From NCBI GenBank assembly GCA_964615305.1, contig CAZTNA010000007.1:326-64325 (forward strand): a stretch of 64,000 bases of DNA. The letters are read 5' to 3'. This stretch comes from an uncultured Chitinophaga sp. (lineage in GTDB: Bacteria > Bacteroidota > Bacteroidia > Chitinophagales > LD1). The translations under genes and the position numbers were made by a program. Under the pieces are notes generated by a model, which worked only from the letters and a program-made list of their open reading frames with translations, searched no databases and had not been told where the DNA came from. Position 1 is the stretch's first letter, and each line of letters starts with the position of its first letter. Shown here piece by piece: positions 59,561-64,000 of this stretch.

Positions 59561-60799
59561 TTAGTGGTTAGAGAAATAACGAATGGTATTACAGTTCTCT
59601 TTTCTAAAAATTTCGGAAGCTGCTTGTTGTAGTCCTTCAGCAGTAACAGCGGCATACTTGGCAGCTTCATGGTTTACATCAGCTGCATTGCCAAGCATAT
59701 CGAAATAAGCAAGGTTCATGGCGCGGTTGAGTACATTCACTTCGCTGAAATTCATGAAGGCTTCTACTTTGTTCTTCACCTTTTGCAGTTCATCATTATT
59801 TACTTTTTTATCAGTCATTTGTTTTACAATTTCTTCCACAGCACTATTGGCGGTATCCATCGAAACGCCTTCGCTCAGTTTGCCTTCAATCATTAGCAAG
59901 CCATCGTCAATAGTTTCTGTACTGTATGCCCCAATGCTGCTGAAAAGTTTTTTGTCTTTAACTAAACCCTGATACAAGCGCGAAGAATCACCATTACTTA
60001 AAATATCGCGCAGCAAATCAGATGCATAAAAATTTTTGTCAGTGCGCGCACACATTTTATAGGCTTTGTATAAAGCGTTTACAGGCACGTCTGCTTTTAC
60101 TTCTAACACACGTTCTTCAGTTTGTGTGGGCTCCTTAGCTATATTGCGTATTGTTTTTTCACCCGGAGAGATTTCGCCAAACCATTTTTGTGCGAGATTT
60201 TCGACAGCCCCTGTTTTTACATTGCCTGCTACTACCATTACTGCATTATTAGGTCGGTAATACTTAAAAAAGAAATCTTTTGCTGATTGCATTTTTACCT
60301 GCTCAATGTGTTGAAGATTAAGCCCAATAACCGGCCACTGGTAAGGGTGAACCTTATATGCCAGCGCGCTCATTTTATGCCACACGTCTCCGTAAGGTTG
60401 ATTGATGTAGTGCTCTTTAAACTCTTCCATTACCACGTTCTTCTGTGTGTTCAAACTTTCTTCTTCAAAAGCCAGCGATAACATGCGGTCACTTTCTAAC
60501 CAAAAAGCAGTTTCAAGGTTATTAGACGGTAGAATATCGTAGTAGTTGGTGATATCGCTGGAGGTAAATGCGTTGTTTTCACCGCCTGCATTCTGTAGTG
60601 GTGTATCGAACTCGGGAATGTTTACTGAACCTTCAAACATGAAATGTTCAAACAAGTGCGCAAAACCTGTTTGTTGGCTATCTTCATCGCGCGAGCCAAC
60701 TTTATACAAAATGTTGACAGCCGCCATGGCGGTAGAGTTGTCTTCATGCACAATTACTTTTAAGCCATTGTTGAGAGTAAACTCATTGAACTTGATCAT
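59561..60799 (-). CDS. M16 (pitrilysin/insulinase) zinc peptidase
   Basis: HLFEHFMFEG contains the inverted zinc motif HxxEH. Confidence 0.88.
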   Translation of the reverse strand: MIKFNEFTLNNGLKVIVHEDNSTAMAAVNILYKVGSRDEDSQQTGFAHLFEHFMFEGSVNIPEFDTPLQNAGGENNAFTSSDITNYYDILPSNNLETAFWLESDRMLSLAFEEESLNTQKNVVMEEFKEHYINQPYGDVWHKMSALAYKVHPYQWPVIGLNLQHIEQVKMQSAKDFFFKYYRPNNAVMVVAGNVKTGAVENLAQKWFGEISPGEKTIRNIAKEPTQTEERVLEVKADVPVNALYKAYKMCARTDKNFYASDLLRDILSNGDSSRLYQGLVKDKKLFSSIGAYSTETIDDGLLMIEGKLSEGVSMDTANSAVEEIVKQMTDKKVNNDELQKVKNKVEAFMNFSEVNVLNRAMNLAYFDMLGNAADVNHEAAKYAAVTAEGLQQAASEIFRKENCNTIRYFSNH

Positions 60800-60972
60800 T
60801 ATTAAAATTAAGGCGGCAAACCTATATGAATTTAGGTGGCAACAAAACAGATAGTTAACCGTGCAATTAAAGTGTATGCTATCGCAAAATGTGTCATGTG
60901 GTGGAGTGTTTTAACTTACACAACTGTTGAGGTCAGCAGGTTTTATATTTTCGAAACCTAATTTGTACGCAG

Positions 60973-61824
60973 ATGAGCATGATAAGAAAAGCTGCTGTTG
61001 CCGGTTCAGGCGCTATGGGTGCAGGCATTGCACAGGTTTTCGCACAAGCCGGATTAAACGTTACCCTTTACGATTTAAGTATTGAACAGCTACAAAAAGC
61101 AAAACAAGGTATAGAGAAAAACCTTTCGATGGCTGTACAGAAAAACAAAATTCAGGAGGCTGAAAAAAATGTAATTCTTAGTCGCATCACCTGCACTACT
61201 GATGTAAATACATTACAGGCCGATTTAATAGTTGAGGCAATTGTAGAAAGGCTCGACCCCAAGCGTGAGTTGTTTCATAAGCTGGCAGCTATTAACCCGG
61301 CAGAAACAATTTTAGTTACCAATACTTCTTCAATATCGGTTACACAAATAGCCAAGGGAATTCTGAATCCTGAAAGAGTTGCCGGTATGCACTTTTTTAA
61401 CCCGGCTCATTTAATGAAGTTAGTGGAAGTAATTAGTGGTGCAGAAACATCTAAAGAAACTGCGAACTCTATTTTTCAACTGGCGGTTGCCATCGGCAAA
61501 ACGCCTATTATGTGCAGCGATTCACCTGGCTTTATTACCAACCGTGTAGCTCGACACTACTATGTAGAGAGTTTAAAAATACTGGAAGAAAAAGCCTCTA
61601 CTCAAGAGAACATAGATGCACTGATGGAAAGTGCCGGCTTTAAAATGGGGCCATTTAAACTTATGGATCACGTAGGTAACGATATTAATTTTGCTGTTAC
61701 ATCTTCACTCTATGAATCGTTTTATCAAGATGCAAAGTTTCGCCCATCACGTATTCAACAACAAAAAGTAGATGCCGGGCATTTAGGTAAGAAAGCCGGC
61801 AAAGGATTTTACAATTATCAGTGA
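60973..61824 (+). CDS. hbd: 3-hydroxyacyl/3-hydroxybutyryl-CoA dehydrogenase
   Basis: VAGSGAMGAGIA NAD-binding motif, plus NTSS, GMHFFNP and PGFITNR motifs. Confidence 0.9.
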   Translation: MSMIRKAAVAGSGAMGAGIAQVFAQAGLNVTLYDLSIEQLQKAKQGIEKNLSMAVQKNKIQEAEKNVILSRITCTTDVNTLQADLIVEAIVERLDPKRELFHKLAAINPAETILVTNTSSISVTQIAKGILNPERVAGMHFFNPAHLMKLVEVISGAETSKETANSIFQLAVAIGKTPIMCSDSPGFITNRVARHYYVESLKILEEKASTQENIDALMESAGFKMGPFKLMDHVGNDINFAVTSSLYESFYQDAKFRPSRIQQQKVDAGHLGKKAGKGFYNYQ

Positions 61825-61892
61825 AAAACTACATTCGCCACCGTCTGAACGAAGCGAAGCACAACTGTAGTTGTGCATTTCAAAACAACAGC

Positions 61893-61977
61893 GCCCGGGT
61901 GGCGAAACTGGTAGACGCGCTCGTTTCAGGTGCGAGAGCCGCAAGGTGTGGGGGTTCGAATCCCTTCCCGGGCACCA
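61893..61977 (+). tRNA. tRNA-Leu (anticodon CAG), encoded CCA
   Basis: Acceptor stem GCCCGGG/CCCGGGC. Anticodon stem CTCGT/GCGAG with loop TTCAGGT. Long variable arm, T-arm GGGGGTTCGAATCCC(T), and a 3' ACCA. Confidence 0.93.
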
Positions 61978-61982
61978 ACTTC

Positions 61983-62024
61983 ATCAGCTAGTTAGCCATG
62001 TGCCGATTAGCTGATTTTGTTTTA
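61983..62024. terminator. Hairpin plus T-run after tRNA-Leu
   Basis: ATCAGCTA (61983-61990) pairs with TAGCTGAT (62008-62015), followed by TTTGTTTT. Confidence 0.65.
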
Positions 62025-62032
62025 CCTAAACT

Positions 62033-63151
62033 CTAATACTTCACCTCTTTTAATTCTTCCCATCGCTGGTTGTTCATAGCGTCATCTAAGTTGGGGTTGT
62101 AATCACTCTGGTTGGTGCTGATATATTCGCCATTAGAGTTCATCCAGTATTGGTTATATCCGCTTTGCACTTTATAAGTTTGCCCGGTAGATGAGTTCGT
62201 TACTTTAGTTCGTTCGGTTATTACATCAACAAACTGTTCGTGTTGCCTGTCGCTGCTGGCGTTGCGCTCGCGCCACCCATTCATAATAGCATCGTTTATA
62301 GCATTGCTCTTGTTTACAAAGGCACGCTGTTGTGCTTCAAATGCCGCCTGATTTTGAGCCATACGTTGATTGTGTGCTGCCCAGCTTGCACCGGCCTTTT
62401 GTGCCTCACGTTGGTTATACTCTGCTATTGGCTCTAGCGCATAGCGCACACTAGCCAAGCTGAAAAGCAACTGTTTTTTTGCCCTGTCGAAATACTCGGG
62501 GTCGGCTTCGAGCCCCGATGACCAATAGCTCCAATTTTGCATTTCAGCAGTGTTACTAACAGAAAGGTGTAGTAACAAAAAATAGGGTTTGCCATCAGAT
62601 GTTTGCCAGTCGGTTCCTATGGCTACTACGCGGCCTTCTGACGGTACGGCTTTATACAACTGGTCGCTATACCATTTATCTGCCTTGCTGACTTCGGGCA
62701 CTTCATAATACTTTACTAAATTATAACCGTACTGTGCACACCAGGGCGCTATATCTTGTTGTATTAGTTCTTCTATTCCCGGCATGGCACGCATTTGCTG
62801 CCCCGACTGGTAATATGCCTGCTGAAGACGGGGATCTGTAACGTTCATGAATATTTGAATTGGATAATCTGTAATGCGAGTTTGATAGGGACCAGTTATT
62901 GTTGGTTCACCTTTGGCATGATTCTCTGCTACGTCCCACGACTCAGGAAAAGGCATTTCGGCAACAACATTACCCGACTGATCGCGAAAAGAATACATTT
63001 TTAACTGCTCCCAACTGCTAGTTGATGCTTTTACATTACTGCCATTTTCAGTTTTCTCTGAAGTGGTAGTTTCCGCGGTAGAGCGGCTTTCTGAGCTTTG
63101 GTTACAAGCCGAAAATAGCAACGCTGATAAAAAGATAAACTGCCAACGCAT
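62033..63151 (-). CDS. Hypothetical lipoprotein
   Basis: MRWQFIFLSALLFSAC lipobox; 372 aa with no recognisable domain. Confidence 0.6.
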   Translation of the reverse strand: MRWQFIFLSALLFSACNQSSESRSTAETTTSEKTENGSNVKASTSSWEQLKMYSFRDQSGNVVAEMPFPESWDVAENHAKGEPTITGPYQTRITDYPIQIFMNVTDPRLQQAYYQSGQQMRAMPGIEELIQQDIAPWCAQYGYNLVKYYEVPEVSKADKWYSDQLYKAVPSEGRVVAIGTDWQTSDGKPYFLLLHLSVSNTAEMQNWSYWSSGLEADPEYFDRAKKQLLFSLASVRYALEPIAEYNQREAQKAGASWAAHNQRMAQNQAAFEAQQRAFVNKSNAINDAIMNGWRERNASSDRQHEQFVDVITERTKVTNSSTGQTYKVQSGYNQYWMNSNGEYISTNQSDYNPNLDDAMNNQRWEELKEVKY

Positions 63152-63227
63152 AGGTTAAAGTATTATGAGTTAAAAAAAGAGTACGGTAAAATTAAAATTG
63201 CAAATCATGTAATTTTATTTTCACAGA

Positions 63228-64000
63228 GTGCAATTTACCGATTCGCTGAATTTTATTTCAAAATTAAATGTTATAAAACTGCTGAACGCATTGTCGGTAG
63301 TATCTTCATTTTATGTTGCTAAATGGAGTAAAAAACCCGTGCAGTGGGGGGTGCCTTTCAATGTTTCTATAGAACCCACCACTACCTGTAACCTTGGCTG
63401 CCCCGAATGCCCAAGTGGTTTAAAGAGTTTCACCCGCCCAACAGGCAACCTAGATTTCGGTTTTTATAAAAACACGGTAGATGAAATTGGAAACAAACTG
63501 ATTTATCTCTACTTCTATTTTCAGGGAGAACCGTATATGCACCCCAAATTTTTGGAGCTGGTAAAATATGCTTCGCATAAAAAAATCTATACGGTAACCA
63601 GTACTAATGCACACTTTCTTACCGAACGCAAGGCCCGCGAGACAGTAGAAAGCGGGTTAGACAGAATTCTGATTTCGATTGATGGCACTACTCAGCAAAC
63701 CTACGAACAGTATCGCATTGGCGGCAGTTTAGAGAAAGTGCTGGAAGGAACACGAAATTTAGTAAAAGCAAAACGGGAAATGAATTCTAAAACACCCCAT
63801 ATTGTGTTTCAGTTTTTAGTGGTAAAACCCAACGAACATCAAATTGATGACTTGCAAGTGCTATCCAAAGAAATTGGTGTAGATGAAGTGAAGTTTAAAA
63901 CCGCCCAGATTTATAATTTTGAAAACGGCAATCCGCTGATTCCAAGCATTGATAAGTATTCACGCTACAAAAAAAGTAGTGTTGGAAATTACTTCATAAA
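63228..64000 (+). CDS. Radical SAM protein (likely SPASM-type), 3'-truncated by window end
   Basis: Not in the ORF track because it has no stop. The frame is open from 63213, with GTG at 63228. EPTTTCNLGCPEC is the CxxxCxxC radical SAM cluster; FQGEPYMHP and TSTNAHFL follow. Confidence 0.75.
   Translation, partial: MQFTDSLNFISKLNVIKLLNALSVVSSFYVAKWSKKPVQWGVPFNVSIEPTTTCNLGCPECPSGLKSFTRPTGNLDFGFYKNTVDEIGNKLIYLYFYFQGEPYMHPKFLELVKYASHKKIYTVTSTNAHFLTERKARETVESGLDRILISIDGTTQQTYEQYRIGGSLEKVLEGTRNLVKAKREMNSKTPHIVFQFLVVKPNEHQIDDLQVLSKEIGVDEVKFKTAQIYNFENGNPLIPSIDKYSRYKKSSVGNYFI

Noticed and set aside
61858-61890. Hairpin GCACAAC-TGTA-GTTGTGC followed by ATTTCAAAA, which echoes the CRISPR repeat ends (GTTGTG...TTTCAAAA); considered as a distant tracrRNA-like element
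   Set aside because: Similarity is limited to a 6-mer plus an 8-mer with a gap. The site is 60 kb from the array and is more simply a stem-loop after hbd, upstream of tRNA-Leu.
61893-63151. tRNA-Leu considered as an integration hotspot for a genomic island or prophage
   Set aside because: No integrase, transposase or repeat of the tRNA 3' end was noticed downstream. Only a lipoprotein gene and a radical SAM gene follow.

Overview
Bacteroidota-type chromosomal segment. The taxon call rests on T9SS type A and type B C-terminal sorting domains, a PorP/SprF gene, a TAnnTTTG-type promoter box and bacillithiol bshB1. The window opens inside a CRISPR array of 21 repeats of 47 nt with 20 unique 29-30 nt spacers. 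The repeat looks type II-C-like, and no cas gene or tracrRNA is visible anywhere in the 64 kb, so the cas operon must lie upstream of position 1.

Most of the rest is housekeeping:
- maf, a UbiA prenyltransferase, a SIS isomerase, cystathionine beta-synthase
- menD-menB, rplU-rpmA, pyrF, groES-groEL
- exbB-exbD-tonB, folC, an M16 peptidase pair, hbd, tRNA-Leu(CAG)

The accessory content worth a second look is:
1. A cobalamin-riboswitch-led, roughly 9 kb, seven-gene minus-strand operon (32688-41732). A BtuBFCD-type importer and a BtuG-like beta-propeller lipoprotein are preceded by two T9SS-sorted proteins of unknown function. One of these is an internally duplicated DUF4465-like protein.
2. 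A secreted phage-tail-fibre-like protein with a C-terminal S74 intramolecular-chaperone domain, outside any prophage. A 1-nt frameshift separates its signal peptide from the body.
3. An uncharacterised zinc-ribbon/coiled-coil, MORN-repeat and lipoprotein envelope operon, plus a leaderless FN3 protein behind a long structured leader. Both sit directly after the CRISPR array.
4. Several short exact direct repeats or palindromes in promoter regions.

I see no rRNA, transposase, integrase or recognisable complete defence system. I cannot point to a clearly novel system. The items above are hypotheses ranked by interest. All domain calls are made by eye from the translations and need HMM or BLAST confirmation.
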